A DNA stretch of 64,000 nt from Balanoglossus misakiensis (Eukaryota; Animalia; Hemichordata): the NCBI GenBank assembly GCA_040954595.2, contig CM082576.2, forward strand, positions 18,895,028 through 18,959,027, read 5' to 3'. The stretch's first letter is position 1. Each line of letters starts with the position of its first letter. The position numbers and the translations under genes are program-made. Shown here piece after piece: positions 23,945 through 36,500 of the stretch. The notes below the pieces were generated by a model. It did not search any database. It was not told where the DNA came from and was given only the letters and a program-made list of their open reading frames with translations.

Positions 23945-25123
23945 ATGCCTCTGACCTGCGAGGACTGCGGAGAGTGCTCTTCGAGAGTTAGTCTGTGCCA
24001 AGGAGATATGCATCTGTGTAATACTTGCAACAAGAAACGATTTGGTGGCAGTAACGGCTCTACAGCGGATGGAGGAAGTGGACGAAGTAGAATAAGCGAC
24101 AGTGGTGTGGTAATTAACGAACTTTTATGTTTTATTGTGAATAAGATGGATGTTCTTACAACAGACCTGCTGGTGAAGTTGTGTTGCGACCAATTTAACG
24201 ATGGAGAAGTCGAGACTGCAAAGCGTACTCTTTTTGAACTATGTTGCAATGACCCTGGGAGGATGATAAAACGTCAGGGGCAGAATAAACGATTCAACAA
24301 TTTGATGGATATGGTGAAATTGCTCCACGAAGTTGACATTGAAGACCTGCCATGCTTCGTTGCTAAAGATTTGGCAAAACTCCCGCCAATTGATACGTCT
24401 CACATCGACGTCTCCACATTGATGACAGAACTGAAGTCACTAAGGCGAGAAATGGCACAAATGAAAGACACTGTGGTGCGGTCCGAGGTGACCGATTTTG
24501 CAAGTGAACTCAGTTTGTTGCGGCAAGAAATTTGTGAAGTGAAAAATTGCGTCGATAATTTGCAGAAAGGAGGTGTTGAAAGCGACGTGGTTTCACAGGT
24601 GGCACAATGTGAGCCGCCAAGACCAGCTGTTTGTGAGCCACTGGATCCCCATTGTTCTCTGAACAAAGACCCTCATACGAGCTCGTATGCAGACATAGTT
24701 CAATCACGTGTATCAGCGGTGAAAGCCAAGCGTCCAGTTCAGTCGGACCGTCCATCGACAAAGGTATCTGAAATCCAGTCGGGGAATGGAGAAGAAGAGT
24801 TTACTGTGGTGTCTCGCCGACCTAAACGTCGTCCTCAGGCAGTTTTTGGCACAGCAAAACTCAGTGATGATTCTGCTATCAAATCTGTTCGCCCTAATCC
24901 GCCTTTTAAATTTTTTGTCACTAGATTTGCACCCACAACGACTTCAGATGCTGTTATTTCTTATATTAAAAAACGCAGTCATGTTACCGTTAAATGCGAA
25001 CAACTGAAAACCAAATATGATACTTATTCATCATTTGTGGTTGAAACGACACGTGAGTTCGCCGAGGAAATTCGTGACCCTGCGATGTGGCCTGATGGTA
25101 TTCTTATCCGCCGTTACTATTAA
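23945..25123 (+). CDS. LINE ORF1 protein, 392 aa
   Basis: Intact ATG-to-stop ORF ending 8 nt before ORF2. N-terminal CxxC..CxxC, VVINELLCFI block, coiled coil, and C-terminal RRM-like FFVTRF...YSSF..WPDGILIRRY typical of CR1/L2 ORF1. Confidence 0.88.
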   Translation: MPLTCEDCGECSSRVSLCQGDMHLCNTCNKKRFGGSNGSTADGGSGRSRISDSGVVINELLCFIVNKMDVLTTDLLVKLCCDQFNDGEVETAKRTLFELCCNDPGRMIKRQGQNKRFNNLMDMVKLLHEVDIEDLPCFVAKDLAKLPPIDTSHIDVSTLMTELKSLRREMAQMKDTVVRSEVTDFASELSLLRQEICEVKNCVDNLQKGGVESDVVSQVAQCEPPRPAVCEPLDPHCSLNKDPHTSSYADIVQSRVSAVKAKRPVQSDRPSTKVSEIQSGNGEEEFTVVSRRPKRRPQAVFGTAKLSDDSAIKSVRPNPPFKFFVTRFAPTTTSDAVISYIKKRSHVTVKCEQLKTKYDTYSSFVVETTREFAEEIRDPAMWPDGILIRRYY

Positions 25124-25131
25124 TTTATTGT

Positions 25132-27946
25132 ATGACACTACGTCTTTCTACATATAACTGTCGTGGCATAAAGTCATCAGTAGACTCTATTATGTCTCTC
25201 TGTAACGATCATGATGTTATACTCGTTCAAGAACACTGGCTGACGGAAGCGGAACTACCTCTTCTGTCGAGTATTCACAAAGACTTTAATGCATGTGGTA
25301 TTTCTGCCATTCAAGATGACTGTGGAATTCGCATCGGGCGTCCATTTGGTGGAGTTGCAATCATGTGGCGTAAATCCTTGGGACAAAACTTTTCAATAAA
25401 ATATTTAGATGATACAAGACTTTTAGGTGCTGATATTGTTACATCTTCTGGAAAACTTTTTATTTTATGTGCGTACCTCCCGACCTGTTCTGGAGAAAAT
25501 TATGACACTTATATGAATTATTTGGCAAAAATTAATTGCATTATTAATGATATTGACACAACGAATGTTATAATTCTTGGCGATTTTAACGCTAACTTTG
25601 GTACAATATTTGCTAGGGAGCTTGATATTTTTTGTAAAGAACATAATTTGTATATCTCCGATGTTGAAAAGCTTGGTAGATGCAATGATAATTTTACATT
25701 CGTTAGTGATGCACATGGTAGTACTGGTTGGTTGGACCATATTTTGAGCACCCATGCAGTACATAATGCTATTTCTAGTATTGGTATTTTGTATGATTAT
25801 GTGTCCTCTGACCATTTTCCTCTTTCTGTAAATATTGATATTGTTGGGTTAGTACATACAGATCCGATTCCACAAAATGTTACCAATGCTCATGCGAAGC
25901 CTAACTGGAGTAAAGCGACACCCAGGAACTTGTCTGCTTATGAACATATGACGGAGTGCTTACTCCGTAGACTGGATATCCCAAATGTTGCTCTTGTATG
26001 TCGAGATCCTAACTGTAAGAATATAGATCACATTAGCAGTCTAAATTCTTTGTATTCGAATATTGTTACTTCTCTTAAATCAGCTGCGTTGAACTGCATT
26101 CCTGCTTCGAAGGCAGAGGGGTTGGGTTTTAATACTGTTCCAGGTTGGAATGAACATGTACGTGATTTTCACAATGCCGCTCGTGATGCATTTAAATTAT
26201 GGGCTGCTAATGGCAGGCCTAGGTTTGGCCCGCTCTTTGATCTCATGCGCAGAACTCGTGCAAAATTTAAGTCGGTTTTACGGGCGTGTAGAAGAGATGA
26301 AAACCTAGCCAGGGCCCAGGCTTTGGCCAAAAACTTGACGCAGGGGGGCACACGTAAGTTTTGGCAGTCTGTACATACCACTCGTGGTTGTTTATCTTCG
26401 CTTCCGACCAGTGTAGGTGGCTGCACCGGTCATGAAAATGTTGCCGATATGTGGAAACAACATTATGAAAGTTTGTTGAATTCTGTTTCGAACTGTCGTG
26501 ATAGAGCATTTGTATTGTCATCGTTAAATGAAACTGGTTCCCACAACAATGCCATGGTTGTTACTGCGATGGAACTAAAAGGGTGTATTGATAAGCTTGA
26601 GAAGGGAAAGGCATTGGGCTATGATGGTCTTGGTGCCGAACATCTCATGTATGCAAGTCCAATCATTTGCGTTATGTTGAGTTTATGTTTTACTAGTTTT
26701 TTTACACATGGTTATTTACCCGAGACTTTAATGCACGCCATTATTTGTCCTATTGTGAAGGATAAATCCAAAGATCTTACTTCTGTGGATAATTATAGGC
26801 CCATTGCAATTGTCACGGCCATCTCGAAAGTTCTGGAACTTTGTATTCTATCTCGTATTGATTCACTCTTAGATACAAGCAATTTACAGTTTGGTTTTAA
26901 AAGTAATCACTCTACCGACATGTGTATCTTTGTTCTCAAAGAAATTGTTGACTTTTATAAGAGGCATAATACGCCAGTTTACCTCTGTTTTATGGATGCT
27001 ACGAAAGCTTTTGATAGGGTCAACCACTGGACTTTGTTTAGAAAACTGATTAACTGCAAGATACCTCTTTTTATTATTCGTATTTTACAATATTGGTATA
27101 GTAATCAATGCTTTTCTGTGCGCTGGGCATCTGTAATTTCTAATTCCTTCAGTGTTATTAACGGTGTACGGCAAGGAAGTATTCTTTCACCCAAACTGTT
27201 CGCTATATATGTAAATGATTTAAGCGGTCAGCTGCAATCAGCCGGGGTTGGCTGTTACCTAGCTAATACCATTGTTAACCATTTGTTCTATGCAGACGAT
27301 TTAGTCTTGATTTGTCCGTCGGTCAAAGCATTACAGAAACTGAGTAACATTTGTGAACTGTATGGAAATGAGCATGATATTATTTTTCATACTGCAAAGA
27401 CAGAGTGTATGGCAATTTTCCCAAAGTCTTGGAAAGCACACAGAATTCCTTGTGTATATTTGTATGGTAAACCTCTTAAGTATGTATGTACAAAAAAAGT
27501 ATCTTGGCTATATTATGTCCTCTTCGGGTATGGATGATGCTGATATGCAGCGGCAGCTTCGTTGCTTTTATGCTAGAGCTAATTTTATTTTGCGTAATTT
27601 TGGCCATTGCTCATATAAGGTGAAGTGCACTCTTTTTAAAAGTTTTTTATATAGTGTTTATTGTCTTAACGTGTGGTGTAACTACAGTGTCAAACAAATG
27701 TCTACTTTAAAAGTTGCGTATAACAATACCTTAAGATTGATTTTTAATCTGAAACGCGATGTAAGCATAAGTCATAACTTTGTAAGTAGGAATATTTTGA
27801 ACTTCACCTCGCTACATCGAAAATTGGTTTTCTCCTTTTGCCAACGCTTACAAAAAAGCGGTAACCCGGTTATCCGCAGTTGTATACAGACTGACTGTTA
27901 CTTTTTATCTACATTCTGGGGGCATTGCAGGGTTGTTCTTCATTAA
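25132..27946 (+). CDS. LINE ORF2 (AP endonuclease + RT); one frameshift at the A7 run 27492-27498
   Basis: APE motifs TYNCRG, QEHWL, GDFNA, WLDHIL, SDHFPL. RT motifs NYRPIA, QFGFK, DATKAFD, GVRQGSILSP, FYADDL. Deleting one A gives KKYLGY and continues into ORF 27353-27946. Confidence 0.92.
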
Positions 27947-28822
27947 GTTTTTGGGATTTTTTTTTTCTTTTGTGTCTTTCTTTTATGGAGTTGTTTCTGG
28001 GTTTGTTTTGTATGTTTTTTCTACAGTATGGGCATACCGCCTGAATTAAAGAATAAATAAAAAAAATTAAATAGATATCCTCCCGCGAGGTCAATGCCAT
28101 TCAATGTCAAACAGTCTCAACAAAGACCATTGGACACTCATAGCCGTTTTGTATGAAAGTGACTGGAGTACGAGATGAGTTTCATGACAACAACAAATCA
28201 TGCTCAGTCTCGCTGCAGGGTCTATAATTTCCATAACGGCTAGACGCTGGACACTATCTTAGGTAACACTTTAGGGTCATAGTGCTGGAACGACATGTTT
28301 AAACAGGTCGTTCCGGCACTCTGACCCTTTCGGCCCCAGTCGTTTCAGCCCCCATTTTCCACGACCCAAGTCGTTACAGCCCGGACAGTAACACCCCAAA
28401 CATTTCAACACTTATCAGGGAAGACCTTAGCCCAACTATTAAAACTTGGCTTGAACCTACTTAAGTTCTCCGCATGAAATATGAGCGAGCGTTGTCAGAG
28501 GACGACAGCTACGCACACTTTGGGCGTGACCGAATCAAACAGAATTGAATATTCTATATTCGGAAAAAACACCTTATCTCCGTTTTGCCGTTGACAAACC
28601 GATTTCTGTCATGACAGTTACTCCCGGGGACTGTGACAGACCATATACAGACAGTAGAGGCCGCGCGCTGGGGGTCTACACAAGTCACTACAGCTGATGT
28701 AAGCAAGTACAACATGCTTTGCTTGCAGGAATGTTCCATTTTCAATAGAGGGGTGTGTATATTCAGAGGGAATGTCAGTCAGGGCCCTGGCTGGCAACAT
28801 GCGGCGTATATATTGACAATCT

Positions 28823-29750
28823 TAGCCGGGAGACCAGGGCGTCGATCTAAAATACAACGCTCGGGGACAGTCGAGCAAGTCCTGCTGAGCTGAAAGATAG
28901 TAGTCTTGGCAACGATCGAGGTCGCTTAGTAACAAATGGATAACGAGTGATCTATCAAATGTTGACGGGCGCCAGTGGTTGGATGATATAATTAAAGGCA
29001 CGTAAGCTGTAACTGGATAAAAAATTAAAGTTTTAAATAATCTCATATATGCTTTTAATTATGTCTATTAAATGCTATTTCATGATAATATATCAAGCTC
29101 AACACTTATTTATGACAAAATGGCCAAAAATTAAAGAAAAACGAAAATTCCTGCAATTTTAAAAAAAGCGCAATATTGCAATGAAAAATGAAAATCTGAT
29201 GTCTCAGTGGTGTACATTTACTTCCATGAGCTCAAGTGGATGAGATCATGTTTTGTTTATGAAGTTTCACAACCGGAAATGCAACATTTTCATTGTTTCT
29301 TGCATTTTCCCACGGTGGCGGCCATAATCGCTTGCGGCAAAGCTTTATTATTTATCTGGTTAAAACTTGCATATGCACTCATACTTAGGGTTTATAATGC
29401 TTGTGTATTGTTCACTACCTTCATCTGTATGGACTAATGGTAGTGCAGTTTGAAACAAAAATTATGAAAATTATCCCAAAAGTTACACCTTACGTGCCTT
29501 TAACAAAGCTTGGTTATGAATATTCATACACCTTCAAAACCACTCCCACATCCCATCGCGGGAATTTCACACATGACTCCACCTCTATTTCCTTATTTAG
29601 AAGGCGACGATGTCATGTGGTTAACATTGAGTGACCAATTAGCTTACACGCAAGATTTACCACACGTGTCGTTCTACGAACAGAATTCTGTTCGTAAATA
29701 GAGACTGTCCCCGGGCGTTTCTTTTCCCCGACGCCCTGGTCTCCAGGCTA
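28823..29750. mobile_element. Non-autonomous TIR element with 9-bp TSD (possibly AcademH-type)
   Basis: TAGCCGGGAGACCAGGGCGTCG...CGACGCCCTGGTCTCCAGGCTA inverted ends; TSD TGACAATCT at 28814-28822 and 29751-29759. Confidence 0.85.
28996..29499. mobile_element. Kolobok-type MITE nested in the previous element
   Basis: TTAA TSD on both sides; 19-bp TIR AGGCACGTAAG(C/G)TGTAACT with one mismatch. Confidence 0.9.
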
Positions 29751-30061
29751 TGACAATCTCGCTGATAGGCGCAGCTGGAATTTATGTTTCTGTGGTATGA
29801 TTATTGTATTTTATCAATGCACAATCACGATGGGCGAGTTTCAAGCAAGCAATTGGATTCGCTTCAATCCCTCACTAAAATCTAGACTGCACCACTGTAT
29901 AATAACACAATACAGTCTTCTAACCTCATGGTATAAACAGGAACTCTTGTCTGCTGGACATCCGGGTACTTTGGTCTACTGAGTGAACGCGTTACGTATA
30001 GAGGTAGCGCAAAGTGAAAACCTATTTAAGGCAGCCACAACAATCAGTGTTGACGTACATA

Positions 30062-30166
30062 CAATCTGACTAAAATCGCAGTTGGTATGACGACAGCATA
30101 CTAATAATACTGTACCACATAAGTAAAAGACGTCGTCGTACCATACATCTGATTTTATTCAGATTA
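30062..30166. mobile_element. Short palindromic MITE, degenerate copy
   Basis: CAATCTGACTAAAATC...GATTTTATTCAGATTA; same family as 30426-30535. Confidence 0.65.
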
Positions 30167-30183
30167 CTGCATATTTGCATATA

Positions 30184-30390
30184 CTGTGAAACAAGTTATT
30201 TTCGCGAGCAATACATTTTCGCGAGATACGTGAGAGCCAAAATGGTATGAAAATAAGAGGTCGCATAATTATTTTTGAAGATAACGATGCAGTGAATGAA
30301 ATAAGAGAACGCGAAAATTAATACTCGCGAAACAGTAGCCTCTCTCGATATCGTGAAAATTTCAACTCGCTAAAATAAAGTGTTTTACAG
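30184..30390. mobile_element. Tc1/mariner-type MITE
   Basis: TA|CTGTGAAACA...TGTTTTACAG|TA, with inverted internal TTTTCGCGA / CGCGAAAA motifs. Confidence 0.75.
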
Positions 30391-30425
30391 TAGTTTATGT
30401 ATGTAAAGTGTTCCTGATGTTAACA

Positions 30426-30535
30426 CAATCTGATTAAAATCAGATGTAGGCCTAGGGAATGGCGACGTAGTTTTTGATGCTGCGACAGCATAAAAAACAC
30501 GTCGCCGTTCCCTACATCTGATTTTAATCAGATTA
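30426..30535. mobile_element. Short palindromic MITE
   Basis: Near-perfect hairpin AATCTGATTAAAATCAGATGTAGG...CCTACATCTGATTTTAATCAGATT. Flanks ATGTTAACA / GCGTTAACA look like a decayed 9-bp TSD. Confidence 0.8.
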
Positions 30536-30648
30536 GCGTTAACATAACTTTATCAGAATAAGTTAACGCCATAACTTTGACAGAATAAGAGTTGCCTCAA
30601 ACGGCTCTAACCGAATTTCCATTAATAGCAGAACAAACAAGCTGTAAT

Positions 30649-32616
30649 CAATACGCCAACCTTTAAAATATTACTTTAGAAAGTTTGTATTCATACTTTC
30701 TTCAAGTTGTCATAACGCTAACCCGAAATGTGTTTTAGTATTGCCTTTGTATTAATGGGCTAGATTCATGGCGTTATATGTCATAAATTAAAAAGACAAC
30801 CCTTATTGTTTTTGATAATATTTATGTCGGAGAATCCACAATGAAAAATATGTATTTTCAATTTCATAACTCAAAATAATTTCCAAATCCATGACCTTAT
30901 TTTCAACTCCAGTGATCGTACATCCTGAACCTTGTTCCAGTAAATGATTGGTCATTACAGGGTTAATGGGCACTCTCCCGTTCTCTTCCTCCGCAGTTTC
31001 ATTCATGTTCTTGTTTGACGGAAATGGGTGTGACCAGACGCTTGAATGTTTTCATGTGGGTTGAGTTGTTCATCGGGAACGGCCTCCTGGTGTGTCTGTA
31101 CAGGTACGCAAGGAGAAACTGCCCACAAGAAGCTGCGAGTGAAACTATTTAAGGTAGTATGTGCCTCGCGGTCCGAGATTCAGACAAATGATAGTCCTCA
31201 AAACTTTTTCAAGTAATTGATTTACTAAAGTGTGTGGTGAGTCTCTTTGAAAACAACAACAATATTACTCATCATATTGTAATTTTTTGAAACTATAAAA
31301 TGAAGTTGACAATGCACCAAACAGATTCTATTTATTTCTTCATGACCATGTTCACCCCAAGGTCATATGGACCTGCAAGTATATGCCAGAGCCAGAGACG
31401 ACATTACCGAAGCCAGAGTTTAAAGCTTACAGGTCACCCCTTGCCAGCTCATGACTAGCTAAACTGCCATGGATGCCAAGAGATATATGACTACGGTAAC
31501 CTGTAGATGGTTTCAGTATGTTTGAAGAAAGTGGTGGCGCACTTTTGGCTACATTTGAAATGGCTATGGTACCAGTGGTTGAATTTGCAAAGGTGACCTT
31601 TGACCTGGCATCTTTAAAGATATTAAAGAACGATTTACCATTCCTTGTTGTCGTAAAATGACATCTGTAATAACTTATATTTTATCTGTTCATCTTGAAG
31701 TACTATATATTTAAACGCCAATTTTCCATTGCCAATCAAGTTTTTACAAATAAATTGTAATAAGCATGTTGATTTTACAAAAACTCCTTACTTCCAAGTG
31801 AATTCTGTTACACATCACGTAACTATTTTCCCCACGAATTCTTCAGTTGCTAACTCGGAAATTTCATATATTGGGCAGAAATTGGATACATTACCCAGCC
31901 ATTAAAATTACAGTTTTCTATTTTAATTGATCGTCCATAACTTCAAGTACTTTGACTTGACATACATTAAAAACATCATGGTGAATAAATAAAAATTATT
32001 TGATTATCTAATTGTGCATGTTTACATGGTTTTATTTTAGTATGCTGGGTACTTAATGTCTAATGGCTCGCTGATTTTATACTGTTCAAGATGACAATCT
32101 AATTTTAGTTTTCAGCTGATAATTGAAATCAATGATTCAAAAAAATTGAATTTTGACATGAATAAACTTCTTGTTCATGGCAGTTGCTGTGTTTTGTTTC
32201 ATTTGTATTCAATTTTTGCAAGCATACCATTGAGCACAGTTTGATTTGATTAAACACGTTTATCGGAAAATTTTGTCATTTGAAATATCTGTTTTTGCGC
32301 CCTCTACCATTTGACCAAATGATTCTCTTATTTTGGTGGCCTTTGTCTGTGTATATGAGAATACTATAGTACTCTCGCATCGATCATAGTAGAAGTTGAA
32401 AACGTCTCTTGCCACGTGGCCTGGAAGAAAGGCGATCTTTAGAGTAAAAAAAACAAACTATCCAGATAGGAAGCTAGAAAAGAAGTTGAATCGTTGAAAT
32501 TTTATTTATTTTATATTGTTAATATCGTTGGTGATGTTGACTGGCCGACAATCTTTGTCACACGAGTCTTTTCAGGCAGATTAAAACATTGCCTATTCCA
32601 GCAATAATCACAACAG
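30649..32616 (+). repeat. ~2-kb dispersed repeat, copy 2
   Basis: Matches 9460-11425. Confidence 0.9.
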
Positions 32617-33599
32617 GAGTGTGTCACACAGGAGACAGTTGGGATTATAGTCATAATCTACCTTAGTTTGTTGTCAACAACCAGATGTGGTCGCATTCCG
32701 TGCATCCGTGCATATTTTGGAACAACGACTCTATCGAACAGACGTATTTCAAACACCTTGGAGAAAAACATCGATGACCAGTGGAATTGACTGTCGCTTG
32801 AAATCCGATAGGAATACACCTGTTTACGGTGGACGATACCGACACTCCTCTGCTAACTTAATCTGCTCTGCTAACTATACCTGCTTTGATTAAGTTGCGG
32901 CTAAAACTTTCCTTACAATACAATGTGGGTCTCGACTGTCGGTCCGAACTATAGCGACGACAGCCTCGGTATGTTTCGCCGATAGCAATCCGGAGATGAA
33001 ATTTGCATACAGCAATATCTTTCAAGATAAATAATTTATGTCCTAAAGGTATTACTTTTAGTGGTCTGACGGAGACGTTTTCTGCTGTAACATGCAAAAC
33101 CTGCGGCGGACCTGAGGTCATGTTGCGAACACTGTAGTTTTGTTACGCCCGCCATCCTTCGGACGTTTACCTCATCGGGGCTTCTTTGGGGAATCAGCCA
33201 CGTCCGAAGGGTGAGAGTGTAAATTCTCTCCCTCTCCTTCTCCACCCAACATATTCATAGAGTCAGAGAGAGGTACCCGGCATATCGTAAACTTAACGAG
33301 AGGCATAACGAGACTTTCAACAAGTTTTCCGAGTAACACAAATAGTTCTGGTTTATTACTGGTCACACGTAAGAATTACACGACTCTATCCATGCTCGTT
33401 GACTCCCGTCACGGATCTCCGGTGATAATAATGTGATATCAAATTTCATCACCTCTTATTAATACGTTAGTCAAGTATTATGTCATAAAAGGAACACGTC
33501 ATCTTAATATTTCTTAAACATGAACTTAGCGCGTGATATCTCTATCTCGTTCTGACATGTATCAATTACACAATCTTGTTTACTCTGAGTGAAGTACCT

Positions 33600-36500
33600 A
33601 TTTTTTTTGATGATTTTCACCGGTTTTTTTTTTCAAAAATCGACGAACCCATGATTTTTTTCAAAATCGACGAAATTTTGAGATTTTGCAGTCGAAAATT
33701 TGTCATTTTGTTGATTTTCACCCATGTTTTTTTTAAACAATCGACGAACCCATGATTTTTTTTCAAAATCGACGAACTTTTGAGATTTGGAAAATCGAAA
33801 ATTTGTCATTTTTTGATGATTTTCACCCATGATTTTTTTACAAAAATCGACGAACCCATGATTTTTTTCAAAATCGACGAAATTTTGAGGTTTGGCAAAG
33901 TCGAAAATGTTTCATTTTTTGATGATTTTCACCATGTTTTTTTTTAAAAATCAACGAACCCATGATTTTTTTTCAAAATCGACGAAATTTTGAAATTTTG
34001 CAGTCGAAAATTTGTAAATTTTTGATGATTTTCACCCATGTTTTTTTAAAAAATCAACGAACCCATGATTTTTTTCAAAATCGACGAAATTTTGAGATTT
34101 TGCAAAGTCGAAAATTCACCCATGTTTTTTTTCAAAAATCGACGAACCCATAATTTTTTTCAAAATCGACGAAATTTTGAGATTTTGCAAAATCAAAAAT
34201 TTGTCATTTTTTGATGATTTTCACCATGATTTTTTTCAAAAATCGACCAAATTTTGAGTTTTTGCAGTCGAAAATTTGTAATTTTTTGATGATTTTCACC
34301 CATGTTTTTTTTTCAAAAATCGACGAACCCATGATTTTTTTCGAAATCGACGAAATTTTGAGATTTTGCATTCGAAAATTTGTCATTTTTTGATGATTTT
34401 CACCCATGATTTTTTTCAAAAATCGACGAACCCATAATTTTTTTCAAAATCGACGAAATTTTGAGATTTTGCAAAATCAAAAATTTGTCATTTTTTGATG
34501 ATTTTCACCATGATTTTTTTCAAAAATCGACCAAATTTTGAGTTTTTGCAGTCGAAAATTTGTAATTTTTTGATGATTTTCACCCATGTTTTTTTTTCAA
34601 AAATCGACGAACCCATGATTTTTTTCGAAATCGACGAAATTTTGAGATTTTGCATTCGAAAATTTGTCATTTTTTGATGATTTTCACCCATGATTTTTTT
34701 CAAAAATCGACGAACCCATAATTTTTTTCAAAATCGACGAAATTTTGAGATTTCGCAAAGTTGAAAATTTGACATTTGTTGATGATTTTCATGAGCTATA
34801 GCCCATGATTTTTTTTTCAAAATTCAACGAACCCATTATTTTTTTCAAAATCGACGAAATTTTGAGATTTTGCAAGAACCCATGATTTTTTTCAAAATCT
34901 CAAAATTTCGTCGATTTTGAAAAAAATCATGGGTTCGTCGATTTTTGAAAAAAAACATGGGAGAAAATCTTCAAAAAATGGGAATTTTGTCGATTTTTGA
35001 AAAAAAAAATCATGGGTGAAAATCATCAAAAAATGACAAATTTTCGACTTTGCAAAATCTCAAAATTTCGTCGATTTTTGAGAAAAATCATGGGTGAAAA
35101 TCATCAAAAAATGACAAATTTTCGACTTTGCAAAATCTCAAAATTTCGTCGATTTTTGAAAAAAAACATGGATGAAAATCATCGAAAAATGACAAATTTT
35201 CGACTGCAAAATCTCAAAATTTCGTCGATTTTTGAGAAAAATCATGGGTGAAAATCATCAAAAAATGACAAATTTTCGACTTTGCAAAATCTCAAAATTT
35301 CGTCGATTTTTGAAAAAAAACATGGATGAAAATCATCGAAAAATGACAAATTTTCGACTGCAAAATCTCAAAATTTTGTCGATTTTGAAAAAAGTATGGG
35401 TTCGTCGATTTTTAAAAAAAATCATGGGTGAAAATCATCAAAAAATGACAAATTTTCGACTTTGCAAGAACTTCGAGATTTTCGTCGATTTTTGAAAAAA
35501 AAAATCGTGGGGGGGGGGGGGGAAATCATAAAAAAATGACAAATTTTCGACTTTGCAAAATCTCAATATATCGTCGATTTTGGAAAAAAAAACATGGGTT
35601 CGTCGAAAAAAAACATGGGTGAAAATCATCAAAAAATGACAAATTTTCGACTTTGCAAAATCTCAAAAGTCCGTCGATTTTGAAAAAAAACATGGGTGAA
35701 AATCTTCAAAAAATGACAAATTTTCGACTTTGCAAAAACTCAAAATTTCGTCGATTTTTGAAAAAAATCATGGGTTCGTTCAATTTTGAAAAAAACATGG
35801 GTGAAAATCATCAAAAAATGACAAATTTTCGACTTTGCAAAATCTCAAAATTTCGTCGATTTTTGAAAAAAATCATGGGTGAAAATCATCAAAAAATGAC
35901 AAATTTTCGACTTTGCAAAATCTTAAAATTTCGTCAATTTTTGAAAAAAATCATGGGTAAAAATCATCAATAAATGAAAAATTTTCGACTTTGCAAAATC
36001 TCAAAATTTCGTCGATTTTTGAAAAAAATCATGGGTGAAAATCATCAAAAAATGACAAATTTTCGACTTTGCAAAATTTTCAAAAATTCGTCGATTTTTG
36101 AAAAAAAAATGGGTTATAGCTTATGAAAGTCATCAACAAATGACAAATTTTCGACTGCAAAATCTTAAAATTTCGTCGATTTTTGAAAAAAAAACATGGA
36201 TGAAAATCATCAAAAAATGACAAATTTTCGACTGCAAAATCTCAAAATTTTGTCGATTTTGAAAAAAGTATGGGTTCGTCGATTTTTAAAAAAAATCATG
36301 GGTGAAAATCATCAAAAAATGACAAATTTTCGACTTTGCAAGAACTTCGAGATTTTCGTAGATTTTTGAAAAAAAAAAATCGTGGGGGGGGGGGGGGAAA
36401 TCATAAAAAAATGACAAATTTTCGACTTTGCAAAATCTCAAAATATCGTCGATTTTGGAAAAAAAAACATGGGTTCGTCGAAAAAAAAACATGGGTGAAA

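Larger units (their letters stand above)
23690..28071 (+). mobile_element. Apparently full-length non-LTR retrotransposon (CR1/L2 group, Daphne-like); 5' boundary approximate
   Basis: ORF1 plus APE-RT ORF2, a short T-rich 3' UTR, and the tail CTGAATTAAAGAATAAATAAAAAAAATTAAA. Confidence 0.88.

Noticed and set aside
32663-33366. Overlapping short minus-strand ORFs as a decayed gene
   Set aside because: The composition is coding-like, but I could not recognise any motif or consistent frame.
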